Of a stretch of 64,000 nt of DNA, positions 38,736 to 51,283 are shown one piece after another. Positions within the stretch are counted from its first letter, which is position 1. Every line of letters begins with the position of its first letter. This stretch comes from Octopus sinensis (Eukaryota), in the NCBI RefSeq assembly GCF_006345805.1, contig NC_042999.1, forward strand, positions 2,914,001 through 2,978,000, read 5' to 3'. The notes under the pieces were generated by a model. It saw nothing but the letters and a program-made list of their open reading frames with translations. It was not told the origin of the DNA and did no database searches. Both the position numbers and the translations under genes were made by a program.

Positions 38736-39024
38736 GGCTTATGCCAAAATTTGAAACTATTATTTTTATTATTATTGTTATGTAAGATGTCAAACTGGCA
38801 GAATTGGAAAAGCATAAAGAGAAAACATTTCTAGTGGTATTTCTTGCAACTCTTTACATTCTGAGTTCAAATCTTGCTGAGATCAATTTTGCATTTCATT
38901 TTTTTTTTTTTGTGTCAATAAGATAAAATACCAGATAAATACTGAGGTTCATTTGATCAACTTGCCCCTCTCTCTCTCTTGAAACTAGTGGCCCTGTGCC
39001 TAAATTAGAAACTACTACTACTAC

Positions 39025-39091
<67 letters not shown>

Positions 39092-39093
<2 letters not shown>

Positions 39094-39296
39094 GGTGGTG
39101 AGCTGGCAGAATTGTTAGCACACTGGGTGAAATGCTTCACGGTATTTCGTCTGCCACTAAGTTCTGAGTTCAAATTCCATCAAGATTGACTTTGTCATTC
39201 ATCTTTTCAGGGTTGATGAAATAAGTACCAGTTACGTACAAGGGTAAATATAACTGACTAGCCCCATTCCCCCAAAATTTTCAAGGCCTTGTGCTT
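39092..39296 (+). mobile_element. SINE family C copy
   Basis: GGTGGTGAGCTGGCAGAA head; TTCTGAGTTCAAATTCC; GTTGATGAAATAAGTACCAG. Confidence 0.8.
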
Positions 39297-39319
39297 TCTT
39301 CTTATTATTATCATTGTTA

Positions 39320-39600
39320 TTATTGCCTTTGCACAACTTCTAACGCTGGAGGTGTACTACAGTGTCAGCTGTTCACTACCAGTGAACTAAGGTAACACCT
39401 CTTATTTTTCGAGCACCTTTCAGAGTATTCGAGCGGTTCAAAGCAGTACCCCACCCTTATTGTTGCCCCTATTTGGTCCACGTACTTCTTGAGATTTTTG
39501 CTCACTGTTCCCAGGGCTCTGGCAATTACTGGTACTGCTGCTACCTTTTGCATCGACCACAACTACTTAACATCCCAAGCTAACCTGTCATATCTCTCGA
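39320..39600 (-). mobile_element. R4/Dong-type 3' fragment
   Basis: WSMQKVAAVPVIARALGTVSKNLKKY; 3' flank TAA-rich. Confidence 0.7.
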
Positions 39601-39624
39601 CTTTTCATCATCATCATCATCATC

Positions 39625-39971
39625 ATTGTCATCAACATTCATCATCATCATCATCATTTAACGTCCACTTTCCATGCTAGCATGGGTTGGACGATTTGAC
39701 TGAGGTCTGGCGAACCAGATTCCAATCTGATCTGGCAGAGTTTCTACAGCTGGATGCTCTTCCTAACGCCAACCACTCCAAGAGTGTAGTGGGTGCTTTT
39801 ACATGCCACCGGCATGAAGGCCAGTCAGGCAGTACTGGCAACGGCCATATCCAAATGGTGCTTTTTACGTGCCACCTGCACAGGAGCCAGTCCAGCGACA
39901 CCGGCGACGACCTCACTCGAGCGACACTGGCGACAACCTCGCTCAAGCGACACTGGCGACGACCTCGCTCG
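39625..39971 (-). mobile_element. Repeat family A copy ending in a 26-bp GC-rich triplicate
   Basis: Core plus GCGACAC(C/T)GGCGAC(G/A)ACCTC(A/G)CTC x3 at 39895-39971. Confidence 0.8.
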
Positions 39972-40420
39972 TCATTATTATTATTATTATCCTTATCATT
40001 TTCTGCTGTTATGTTTTATCTTTAATTTCTTTGACTTACTTTCTTTTGTTGCCTATTTCTCTTCTGCTGGAGTTTTACCTACAGTTAAGACTGTAATGTC
40101 AGGTTGCAGACATCGTAATATTTATGAAGATAATAATAGTTGCAGAATGCTTAGAAAAAGATATTTGAAATGTTGGTTTTTCTGTTCTTAGCTTTAATTA
40201 GGGTTACCATTTATCGCAGAGAATCTATATTTTATCAGTAACTTGTTTTGTTTTTTCTCTAAAAATACGAAGATATTTTTTATCCTCTACATATTTTTTC
40301 TTCATTTTTTCAGTTTTTTTTTTCTATTTCAGTGAATATATATGTATGTGTATGTGTATGTGCATGAGTGCATGTGCGTACGTGTGTATACATATATCTA
40401 TGTATCTATGAATGTATGTA

Positions 40421-40466
<46 letters not shown>

Positions 40467-40761
40467 CTGTGAGTGTGCATCTATGTATGTGTATGTGCGT
40501 ATGTATGTCTGTATGCATGTATGTGTGTCGGTATGTGCGTATTCGATTCCAGGCATTGACTTCAAATTGGCCATATATATTTTTCAAATGAAAGAAAATA
40601 ACAGTTTTTTTTTTTTTGCTTCTAAAACATTTACCATGCTGAAGAGTATTCATATATCTTAAATATTTACTTTCTTGTATGCAATTAATCTTGCGGCTAC
40701 ATCACTAGTTTTCATCAAAACAACATAGATATTGGAGCGACCGATGTTTCCTACAAAATAT

Positions 40762-40930
40762 CAACAACCGAGGCACAAGTCTGGTTGTGCAGTTAAAAAG
40801 CTTCCTTCCCAACCATATGTTCCTTGTTTCGGTTCCACAGTGCAATCCCTGGGCAAGTGTCTCTTACAGTTGCTCCCAAGGCTGACCAAAGCCTTGTGAG
40901 TAGATGGAAACTGAAAGAGATCGCTTGCAT
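40762..40930 (+). mobile_element. Diverged SINE family B 5' half
   Basis: CTGGGCAAGTGTC...GACCAAAGCCTTGTGAG...GGAAACTGAAAG. Confidence 0.65.
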
Positions 40931-40959
40931 ATATACATATATATACATATATTATTTTT

Positions 40960-41110
40960 ATTCTATTTCTCTCCCTGTTTATTTCTGTGTTCCTTTCTGT
41001 CAAAGAGTGTACACTCGAAATGTAAAAGACTTTTTCACTTTCTGAGTGTTAAACTGATACATCTGTTTGTTGTTTACACACCCGTCTATGTCTTTTGTTT
41101 TTTTTGTAAA
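40960..41110 (+). repeat. Decayed copy of hammerhead-bearing family F1
   Basis: CTTTCTGTCAAAGAGTGTACACTCGAAATGTAAAAGAC plus downstream homology to the F1 array. Confidence 0.7.
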
Positions 41111-41134
41111 TTGTCACTATACATATATATATAT

Positions 41135-41188
<54 letters not shown>

Positions 41189-41349
41189 ACAGGCCTCTTT
41201 CATATATATATATATACACACACATACATATATGTGTGTGTGTGTGTGCCTGTGTGTGTGAGTGTATGTGTGCATGTGTTTGTGTGTGTCTGTGTGTTTG
41301 TATATGTTTTTGTGTATGTCTCTTTGCAGTTTTGTGTACATGTGTGTCT

Positions 41350-41552
41350 ACAAACTCATCTCAGCTTCACAGTTGAGAAAGAGCATCACTGTCACACAGG
41401 AGATGTTCATTTTCAGTCTTCCACAAGGAAATATTACCTTAGCTGGAAACAGATGAGGATCGATGACAGGAAAGATATTCAGCTATGGAAAATTCTGCCT
41501 CAACAAATTCTGTCTGACCCATGCAAACATGAGAAAACAGACGTAAAAATAC
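41350..41552 (+). mobile_element. Family A-related retroposon (A2), degraded
   Basis: GACAGGAAAGATATTCAGCTATGGAAAA...GACCCATGCAAACATGAGAAAACAGACGTAAAA. Confidence 0.55.
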
Positions 41553-41629
41553 GATTTTTGTTGATGTTCTACCTGTACATTTGTGCTAGTCTTTTTCAAC
41601 CATGTTGGTAGCTGAGGGCTAATACTTCC

Positions 41630-41945
41630 AAGCACATTAATTACTGTTGGTATCACATCTATTCTCTTTCTTCATTGACCACAACCTTCGTATTTCCCAC
41701 TTTAAATTGTCATAGTTGTTTATTTTTTCCTCTTCTTTCACATTGATCCTGTTGTCACCGGGACATGCTATGTTGATTATCATTCATGTTCTTTTTTTTT
41801 TTATTCCACAACAACGTCCAGTTTCCGATGTCTGGTCAGGTGATATCACTGAATCATTGCATCCCACATTATTTTGCAATTCTCATTCTTGGTGACTCCT
41901 TCTGAAGTCTTCTCATACCACTTCTTTGCTCTTCATAGGTTTCAA
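41630..41945 (-). mobile_element. R4/Dong-type fragment
   Basis: KKWYE, KIMWD, IACPGDNRINVKEEEKINNYDNLKWEIRRLWSMKK. Confidence 0.75.
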
Positions 41946-41979
41946 CAATGGATTTATTATTTTTTTTTTTTTTTTTTTT

Positions 41980-42226
41980 AGACCCCCTTCGGTCATGAAT
42001 GACCATGGGATTGCACCTAGAAAGTTACGCTCCTAGACACAAGTCCGGGCAAAGTTGTTTATGGAAGACCAGCAGTCGCCCATGCATACCAGACTCCCCT
42101 CTCCACGCCACCAGTGTTATCCAAGGGAAAGACAAAGGTCGATACAGCTTGAAACCAGTCATGTCGCAACTCATTTCTACAGCTGAATGAACTGGAGCAA
42201 CGTGAAATAAAGTGCTTTGCTCAAGT
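41980..42226 (-). mobile_element. Headless CORE-like SINE fragment with distinct tail and poly(A)
   Basis: Minus strand CTTGAGCAAAGCACTTTATTTCACGTTGCTCCAG (shared with family E), ending at a poly(A). Confidence 0.55.
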
Positions 42227-43229
42227 AAAAAAGGGTGGGGCATGTCTATCATTCTTGTGGGTCACTGCAGCAACAATGTTCATCTCAGTATATATCGTGA
42301 TTTTTCGCAAGTCGAGGAAGAGATTTTATTTCAGATAATTCCACTGCGTCTTGCCTCCTAAAGGTGTGTATATATTCAATATGATACACAGATGACAGCA
42401 AAAAAATTTATTTGAAATTATGGGGTTTTAAAAGAATAATAGATAAAATAGTGTGTTGGGGCTGTGGATGTAGTGAAAGGGTGGGAAATAAATCTGTCAT
42501 CATTATCTGACACTTATAATCAACCTACGTTTATAAAGAAGCTTTTGTTTAACTATATAAAGTGATTCATTGTAGCTGCTAAAAGGTCGTTGAACTATCT
42601 CTAATAACAGACTCTGCATTCTTCTGCCATTGGCAGCAAAATACTTTCATATTGCGTTCGCTATCCGTTTTCATCACATACATCAACAATTCTAAATGTC
42701 TTCTCTTCCATACATAAGTTATCCATTTCCCTTCTTAGTTCATTTATTTTTCTATCATCAGCTTGATATCAGGTTATCATTAATTTATCTTTTAGTGTCA
42801 CATCACAGCTAGTCTCACTCCATCTGTTTCAGACTGGGTGAACAACTGATGTGATATTTTGCTTTCAATGAATATTTGAACCCACTCACTCATATTCGAT
42901 TATTTGTCAACGCTTCCATCATTATTCAAACACAGGTGGTCCTTATCAAGGTAGCAGTTACTACAAAGGAGATAATAACTTCTTCATTATATGAAGCATG
43001 ATTTTAAATTTGAAGATGAGATTAAGGAATTTTAAGGAAAAAGATGAATAAATTTATGTTTTTTTTTTTTGCTTGAGTAAGCACAGAGTTCTTAAATTTT
43101 TATAGTGTTTGAAATTATATATAGCATTATTTCACTCTTTTAAGAAATCATCAGTGTGACATAACCTGTAACATATTAATTGAACAGGGTCAGTCACCGT
43201 TTTTCCATGGCATATCAATTGGTTAAGAT

Positions 43230-43370
43230 CACAACATTCCCCCTGGATGGGATGCCAGTCCATCACAGAGTTGCTCACTTATTGCTGAGTGGACTGGAAT
43301 GATGTGAAAATGAAGTGCTTTGCTCAGGAGTACAACGCTCCGCTCAGTCCAGGAATTAACTACAAGCACA
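43230..43370 (-). mobile_element. Degraded SINE fragment with V-domain-like motif
   Basis: Minus strand CCTGAGCAAAGCAC..CAGTCCACTCAGC..GATGGACTGGCATCCCATCCAGGG. Confidence 0.35.
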
Positions 43371-43599
43371 AAAACCCTGAACACTAGATCATGCACCTTC
43401 ACATTTAAGACAGTATGGCCTGATTTTAGGAGAATTTTGCTACTATTTCGAGTGAATTAAGCACCCGTATGAAGGGATGTTCTGTGAGTCATAATCCTAG
43501 AAAAGAAATGATTACACACACACACACACACATTTATATACATCGCTTTTTAAAGATATCTGTACAGATACCCTATAGGAATGAATATATGTATGTATT

Positions 43600-44570
43600 C
43601 TCATGCATATAGTTGCATATCTCGACATGCTCATATATATTTAAATGATAAACTTCTGGGAAGTTTTACAAATTTTTACAGTTCCAATGATAGATGATTG
43701 TATCTGTATTCTTTGAATTAGCCTTCTCCTTCCTGGTTTTGAGAAGCCTAATTCCTCAAGATTGGTATTTAGGCAGTGTGTTACATATCCCAGGACCCCT
43801 ATAATTACAGGTATAAACCTGAAATAGTAATCTGGATAGAGTAACTGCAAATTTCTCAAAAGCTCAGCACAGGTGTTCTCTTTCTCACTGATCTTCAGCT
43901 TTATGTTAACATCCACTGGGCAGCTAATTTCCACAACTGTACACAGTTTCTCTTCTCTATCCCAAATCATTACATCAGGTCTGTTGTGCTTACATTTTAT
44001 TGAGGTCTTCACTGGTACATTCCACCAGGATTCCTTTTCATTATGAATGGCTATGACCTCTGCCATATTGTGGGTTTTTATTTCTTTGTCCTCGGAGTTA
44101 TCCTTCCAACAGATTACATTATAGAGTGTCCTAGCTAAATGTCATGTCTCATCGGTAGATAATACCATGATGACATTTTCAGACAACTGCTTATGATGTG
44201 GGTGATATCTTCAGCATGAACTCCATAAATTCTGCATCGGTTGTCATATTATACGGCTTTTCCTGCATCTCTATCCCTTTTGTGCATCAGGTATTTGGTT
44301 GATATTTCCTGTTCCTGGATTGCAAACGCTTACCCTTCAAAGTGGGAGGTAGTAATCCAGCTACTGGTCCATGATAAACTGCTTTGATGATCGATGTTAC
44401 TATCATCACAGAACTTTCTACTAGCATATCCATGCATAGTCTTTTGCTCATATAGGCTCATCCTCTCATCTGATGATATGTTAAGGTAGAGTCATGCGAC
44501 TTCTTTGGACATATATTCTAGTGTTGCTCAAGGAGCTGCCTTCCAAGTCTTATGATGTTATCAGCCTCAT
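43600..44570 (-). mobile_element. R4/Dong-type fragment (different subfamily)
   Basis: HNRPDVMIWD..CTVVEISCP, FIPVIIGVLG, IIGTVKICK. Confidence 0.8.
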
Positions 44571-45046
44571 GTATGTATGTCTAAGAAATGGAATATATAT
44601 AGAAGGTGAAAATGCAGAAAGAAAACCAAAGTAAATAGAAATGTGTGGAACTAGAGACAGCATTGGTTGTAAATAATAAAAAAATTCTAACAAAATCTCG
44701 CTTTATATGATCTTAGATTTTCTTTTGAAAAAATGTTCTGTCTTGTGTTGTTTTCTAGTTTTACCAAAGATAGTGAGATATAATTGGTTGAAGTGATTGG
44801 CTGCCGAAATTTTTAGAACAGAGAACTCTTTGAAATCGCTCTTCTTTTGTTCTTATTTCATTAATTTGTTTGCTTATCTATCATTATTAAAACGACAATA
44901 AATAAATAAACCAAAAATATAAGACTATTATTAATATCATTATTTTTGCTGCTGTTGTCTTCGCTACTATTCTTCTCTGAATATTCATGTTTATTCGCTT
45001 CTATATAGAAGATGTTTACTTCTAGGATTCCCATACGTAAAAAAAA

Positions 45047-45372
45047 CATCATCATCATCATTTAACGTCCGTTTTCCATGCTAGCATGGGTTGGACGGTT
45101 CGACTGGGGTCTGGGAAGCCAGGAGGCTGCACCAGGCTCCAGTCTGATCTGGCAGTGTTTCTACAGCTGGATGCCCTTCCTAACGCCAACCACATCAAGA
45201 GTGTAGTGGGTGCTTGTTATGTGCCACCAGAACAGGTGCCAGGGGAGGCTGGCAGCGGTCACAATCGGTTGGTGCTTTTTACGTGCTACCGGCACAGAAG
45301 CCAGTCAAGGCAGCGCTAGCATCGGCCATGTTTGGATGGTGCTTTTTACGTGTCACTGGTACAGGTATCACG
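45047..45372 (-). mobile_element. Repeat family A copy
   Basis: Core and (CAT)n tail. Confidence 0.85.
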
Positions 45373-45832
45373 ACTACAATTTCCATTTGATATTTATTTT
45401 GATGTTGATATACTTGACTCAATAGGTCTCCAGTATTTTTTATTATTTACTCCCAGAAGGTATCACGACATTTGGACATCTACCCCCAATGGTTCACAAC
45501 CGGGGTCCATATAACATTTTTTGTCACAATTTATGTGCAATAAATTGATGACACTTTTGCTGTGCACAAAGTACTTGAATAATTATTTTTGTACACAATT
45601 CTTAGTAATATTGAATTCTAAAAATATAACAGGGTTTTCTTAAACATCAAATGCCTATGAGGGTTCATCCAAGTAAAATATGCATTAAAGAGGGTCCATG
45701 GGTAAAATTGGTTGAGAACCATTGGTTGCCCCCCACACTCCTTATGTGGGGAAGAGGTAAAGTTTATTTTCAGACATTTTAAAATGTTTACGCATTTTTT
45801 GAGAAACATTCATTTACAATATTTGTATAAAT

Positions 45833-46064
45833 GGTGGTGAGCTGGCAGAAACGTTAGCACACTGGGCGAAATGTTTAGCAGTATTTCATCTGACTTTATG
45901 TTCTGAGTTCAAATTCCACCGAGGTCGACTTTGCCTTTAATCCTTTTGGGGTCAATTAAATAAGTACCAGTTATGCACTGGGGTCGATGTAATTGACTCA
46001 ATCCCTGTGTCTATCGTTTGTCCCCTCTATGTTTAGCGCCTTGTGGGCAATATAGAAATAAATA
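45833..46064 (+). mobile_element. SINE family C copy
   Basis: Full head-to-tail match to 48480-48705. Confidence 0.85.
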
Positions 46065-46077
46065 TTTTTATAAAAGA

Positions 46078-46163
46078 AGGCAGCAAGCTGGCAGAAACGA
46101 TAGCATGCCGGGCAAAATGCTTAGTGATATTTCTTCTGTCTTGATGTTCTGAGTTCAAATTCC
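46078..46163 (+). mobile_element. SINE family C head fragment
   Basis: AAGCTGGCAGAAACGATAGCATGCCGGGC...TTCTGAGTTCAAATTCC. Confidence 0.7.
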
Positions 46164-46389
46164 ATATAAATGGCAACTTACTTTCAAAAATTGATAGAAC
46201 AAGTTGCATACCACAATTGTGGCAGCAACATCAAATCTGTTTTGATCAAGTATACGGATAAGCTTTTAAGCGTGGACCCTTAGATATGTATTATAAAGAA
46301 GCCCTGCACACCAGAAAAATTAGCACTGGAAATAGTCATTCTCAATGGAAAAGGGAAGAGATCTAAAAGAACAACAAAGAAAATGTCCA

Positions 46390-46985
46390 AAAAAAAGCAA
46401 CATTTCCTCTTTGAAAGTGACTTTGAGCTCCAGGAATCTTGCATGTATAGCAGTCGTGCTATCTGCAGCCTATGGTACCATGCTATCCATTCTTTTCAGC
46501 TATCTAATACTTGCCTGATGATTCTAGCTGTGCCAAAGAGGCAAAGCTTTTGTAACAGTTCTATTGGGCACTCTATTCCAATTTCCTTTACATTCCTCTT
46601 GATGCTTTCTGATACTGTTCCCAAGGACCCAACAATAATCTTCATCTTCTTCATTTTCCATTGAAGGGCTATTTCGTACTTAAGAGGGTTGTATCTATTT
46701 ATCTTTTTGCCTTCCTTCTTGATATTCGTGGGTCAAAGAGATATGCAACACCAGCTATATAGTATATGTGGTGCACCTTGTCCACCACCACTAGGTCCAG
46801 TCTGTAATACACTAGCACCTGATCTGTTTGGATTGGGAAATCCCAGAGGATTCTGCTAGTCTCTGCCATTTGTTCTCATGTCTTGCCTCTATCTAGCCCC
46901 CACTTTTTGCACTTTCCAATGTAGCACTTTCACTACCTGGTTGTGTTGCCACACCTTGTAGTAGTTTTGGGCAAGTCTAGGGCAT
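46390..46985 (-). mobile_element. R4/Dong-type fragment
   Basis: HNQVVKVLHW, RILWDFPIQTD, DLVVVD, LLQKLCLFGTARIIRQVL*; (TAA)n at the 5' junction. Confidence 0.75.
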
Positions 46986-47007
46986 TATTATTATTATTAT
47001 TTTCATC

Positions 47008-47228
47008 AAGGTGGCAAGCTGGCAGAATCATTAGCACACTGGAAGAAATACTTAACGGTGTTTCATCTGCCTTGTTGTTCTGAGTTGACTTCGATTCATT
47101 CTGAGTCAACTTTGCCTTTCATCAATTTGGGGTCGATAAATTAAGTACCAGTTGAGTACTGGGACCAATGTAATCAACTGATACCCACCCCAAAATTTCA
47201 GGCTTTGTGCCTATAGTAGAAAGGATTG
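47008..47228 (+). mobile_element. SINE family C copy
   Basis: GACTTTGCCTTTCATC..GGGGTCGATAAATTAAGTACCAG-type core. Confidence 0.8.
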
Positions 47229-47572
47229 TTACCTCAGCCTTTGATAAGGCGGAGGTATTGTTTTTCCATCGTGTTTGTTTGTTTGTTTGTTTGTCCATGG
47301 ACAAAATATCTCAAGAACCACTGGATGGATTCGGATTAAACTTTCAGGGATGTTTGGCCTCATGACTGAATAAAATTGGAGATTGATCTGGTATGGGACA
47401 AGGATTTTGGATTATTTTTTCTGTTTTCGGGTTCATTTTTAGTATTCTCGTTTGTCAGAACAGCCAAGTTTGTTTCAGATATTCTCATTTTAAAAATCAT
47501 CTCTGGCTAATCATTGAGAGAACATTGGGGTTGCCTTGGCAGAGATTTGCACTCTCCGAGTGCTCTTGCTAT
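47229..47572 (+). mobile_element. Helentron-associated non-autonomous element (HINE/DINE-1-like)
   Basis: 5' palindrome ACCTCAGCCTT-TGAT-AAGGCGGAGGT, (TTTG)n microsatellite, 3' subTIR CCTTGGCAGAG, 3' hairpin GCACTC-TCC-GAGTGC (47549-47563). Confidence 0.75.
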
Positions 47573-48339
47573 TTATTATTATTAAGTACATATCTGAAAG
47601 TAGTTTAATGTAATATTAAGTATTGTGATTTTGGTTTCAATGCTCGGAAACCCCCGCTAGGAATGTCTTAAAAACAAAAACAGAAAAAAATTATTCCAGA
47701 GACATTATTTTTTTTTAGCAAATTACTATATTATCAACTGTTCATGAAAAAAAGAATTTTTTTCACCCAATATGATGTATGATGAACTTAAGTAAGAAAA
47801 TAACACTATGTATTACTATATTGTTCTTTTGCCTTACCACAATTGTAGGAAGAGATTCCAAGCTTAAAGAATGATATAAAATAATACGATAAAAAGAAAA
47901 GTAAGTCAAAAAATTTAAACATATAAAACTGAAAAAATCTTCTATTGATAATATTTTGCATCAATAATCTTTTTCAGTTCACTGAATAGACGGAAAAAAA
48001 ATTCTTCTTGTGTGCTTAAATACTTGTAAAATTGTAAATTCATGGCGTGTTTGCAAATTTATTCATTCATTCATTCATTTTTTTAGGGTTTTTTTTGTAT
48101 TTTATCTTGTTATCCCACCCTCGTTCAGTTTTTTACTCATTTTTTTATTCTTCTTTAAAAGTGACAATTCAGCAGAAAAAAAAATATGTATATATAAAAC
48201 TGAATCGGAACAAATAAAAGACGAAGAAATACTCTGAAGAATGGTAGGGTTTTTAGGTGTAAAAGTATTTTTGCACACGCGTATGTGTGTGTAACTGAGT
48301 TTAGAATGCAACCCTATAGTATATATCTATACATATAAA

Positions 48340-48385
<46 letters not shown>

Positions 48386-48479
48386 TATAGATATATAGAT
48401 ATAGATATATAATCATATCAAAGGAAATGGAAATCAATAGAAATTTTCACGTCTAGTGGCCTATATATATGTATATATA

Positions 48480-48702
48480 TTGGCGAGCTGGCAGAAACGT
48501 TAGCACGCCGGGCGAAATGCGTAGCCGTATTTCGTCTGCCGTTACGTTCTGAGTTCAAATTCCGCCGAGGTCGACTTTACCTTTCCTCCTTTTGGGGTTG
48601 ATAAATTAAGTACCAGTTACGCACTGGGGACGATGCAATCGACTTAATTCCTTTGTCCGTCTTTGTTTGTCCTCTCTATTTTTAGCCCCTTGTGGGCAAT
48701 AA

Positions 48703-48705
<3 letters not shown>
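48480..48705 (+). mobile_element. SINE family C copy (CpG-rich, young-looking)
   Basis: TGGCGAGCTGGCAGAAACGTTAGCACGCCGGGCGAAATGCG... Confidence 0.9.
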
Positions 48706-48790
<85 letters not shown>

Positions 48791-48839
48791 TATATATATG
48801 TATATATTATGTATGTATATATATGTATATATATGTATG

Positions 48840-48872
<33 letters not shown>

Positions 48873-48873
48873 G

Positions 48874-48904
<31 letters not shown>

Positions 48905-49050
48905 GTATGTATATATATATGTATGTATATATATATGTATGTATATATATATGTATGTATATATATGTATATATATATATGTATGTATGTATATGTATGT
49001 ATATATATATATATATATATATAAATACATGTGTGTGTGTGTGCATGTGT
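48705..49050. repeat. (TA)n/(TATG)n microsatellite
   Basis: Direct inspection. Confidence 0.95.
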
Positions 49051-49074
49051 ATACTTAGATAAGCATCAACAGAA

Positions 49075-49390
49075 TTGGCCCAGGCCATGTCTTAGCTTAA
49101 TAGCATCAACTGGAAAAGACATTTAACAATGTCTAATATCACAGCCCTTCTTTGGGCTGTATGGTCCATTTGTGCAAAGAGAAGTTGCTTGCAGAGATAT
49201 ATCCAGTTGTAGATGGTGTGTCTGGAATTTGTTGGAGATGTTCTTCATCTATCAGAGATTATCCAACAAATGAGGCAGTGACCTACTTCTTTTTGGTGAA
49301 TGCAAGGGAAACTTTTGGATTGACTTTAATTTCTCAATGACCTACTTTTCTTCTGCCGTTCTTTGACTCTCGATGATAGTCTTCAAACAG
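49075..49390 (-). mobile_element. Old 3' fragment related to the CR1 at 12364-17001
   Basis: Minus strand GCTATTAAGCTAAGACATGGCCTGGGCCAAT matches its 3' UTR; QQIPDTPSTTGY matches QEIPDKPPTPGY. Confidence 0.7.
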
Positions 49391-49416
49391 TTTTGAAGAT
49401 GTGTGTGTGTGTGTGT

Positions 49417-49757
49417 GTGGAGGCGCAATGGCCCAGTGGTTAGGGCAGTGGACTTGCAGTCATAGGATTATGGTTTCAATTCCCAGACCGGGTGTTGTGA
49501 GTGCTTATTGAGCGAAAGCACCTAAAGCTCTACAAGGCTCTGGCAGGGGTGGTGGCGATCCCTGCTGTACCCTTTCACCACAACTTTTCTTACTCTTTCT
49601 TCCTGTTTCTGTTGTACCTGTATTTCAAAGGGCCAACATTGTCACACTCTGTGTCACGCTGAATCTCCCTGCGAACTACATTAATGGTACACACGAGTAG
49701 GCTGTTCCATTGATCGGATCAGATGGAACCCTCATTGTCATAACTGATGGAGTGCCA
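49417..49757 (+). mobile_element. tRNA-derived SINE family D, tail type 2
   Basis: Homologous to 2993-3360. Confidence 0.85.
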
Positions 49758-50204
49758 TGATGATATATATGATTATACCTATGTATGCATTTGCCTTCAA
49801 TGCCTGAATATCCTGCTGCCAAAAGAGGCTGAATATCCAGTCAGCTATTCCACCAAATTGTCTCATTCCAATTGGTGGATAATAATGAGGAAGGGATCAG
49901 GTGTGGTTACCGTTCTGTAAATATACTTTTTCACAGAGAATCCCTTTGCCCATGCTGTAACTTTGTGTCAAGATTTTGGCATGTTGCCAAGCGAACTTTA
50001 TGAATTGGAAAATTCTTGCATTCTCCGGAAAGTTAGTTAGGAATATGAGCGATGTTGGACTGAGAGTAATTCTAAGTAGCAACAAAGAAGGTATAAACAG
50101 TTCTGTATTCGGAGGACTTTTGGTTTGAGTTTTGTAGACAATTTCCAAAAGTCCCAAAAGCCCAACCCAACTACAAAGGTGAAGCAGGAGCATTTTTTAT
50201 TCAT

Positions 50205-50528
50205 GTGAAGGCATGTAGCTCAATGGTTAGGGTATTCAGCTCATAATCGTAAGGTTGTGGGTTCAATTCCTGGCAATGCACTGTATCCTTGAGCAACATA
50301 CTTTACTCCCCATTGTTCCACTCCACTCAGCTAGCAAAAGTGATTTGTACCTGTAATTCAAAAGAACCAACCTTGTCACCTTCTGTCACGCTGAACCTAC
50401 GTGAGAACTGCATTAAAAGTACAAGTGTCTGTGGAGTACTCAGCCACTTGCACATTAATTTTACAAGGTGGATGTGCCATTGATCAGATCAACTAGAATG
50501 CTTATCGTCATAACCGACGGAGTGTCAC
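50205..50528 (+). mobile_element. tRNA-derived SINE family E (CORE-like middle, family D type 2 tail)
   Basis: tRNA-like head GGCATGTAGCTCAATGGTTAGGG...GGTTCAATTCC; CCTTGAGCAA motif; tail shared with 2993-3360. Confidence 0.75.
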
Positions 50529-50571
50529 TTTTGTTTGGAATAAAGTTTACAGATGCAAGCGATTCTATTCA

Positions 50572-50961
50572 GGCATAGGAGTGGCTGTGTGGTAAGTAGT
50601 TTGCTTATGAACCACATGGTTCCGGGTTCAGTCCCACTGCGTGGTACTTTGGGCAAGTGTCTTCTACAATAGCCTTGGGTCGACCAAAGCCTTCTGAGTG
50701 AATTTGGTAGAGAGAAACAGAATGAAGCCCATCATATATATGTATATACATGTGTGTGTGTGTGTATATGTTTGCGTGTCTGTGTTTGTCACCCCAACAT
50801 CGTTTGACAACGGTTGCTGGTGTGTTTACATCCCCGTAACTTAGAGACCGACGATAGAATAAGTACTAGGCTTATAAAGAATAAGTCCTGGGGTTGATTT
50901 GCTCATCTAAAAAGGTGGTGCTCCAGCATAGCCACAGTCAAATGACTGAAACAAGTAAAAG
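50572..50961 (+). mobile_element. SINE family B, full length
   Basis: Head, internal microsatellite and tail. Confidence 0.85.
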
Positions 50962-51283
50962 TGTGTGTGTGTGTGTTGGAGTTGAACTTGACAGTTTGTA
51001 TAAAAGAAAAAAGGTATCACAATATCTTATCTCAGAACAAAAGTATTTTATAAACAACAAAAGATACCAACAAAAAACAGAAAAACAACAAAAGATACCA
51101 ACCAGCTTGTGGTTGAGAGATAACAGTTTATTCAAAGCAGCCACCTTCAACTTCAACTACGGCCTCAAGATAGTTCTGGAACCTGGTGTAAGCGTTCCTC
51201 TCTTTGACTCTTGAAGAACCTTGAAACACCTCCCTATTTTTGGCCACCAGCTCATCTGTGGTATTACAGACACACAAAGCAGA

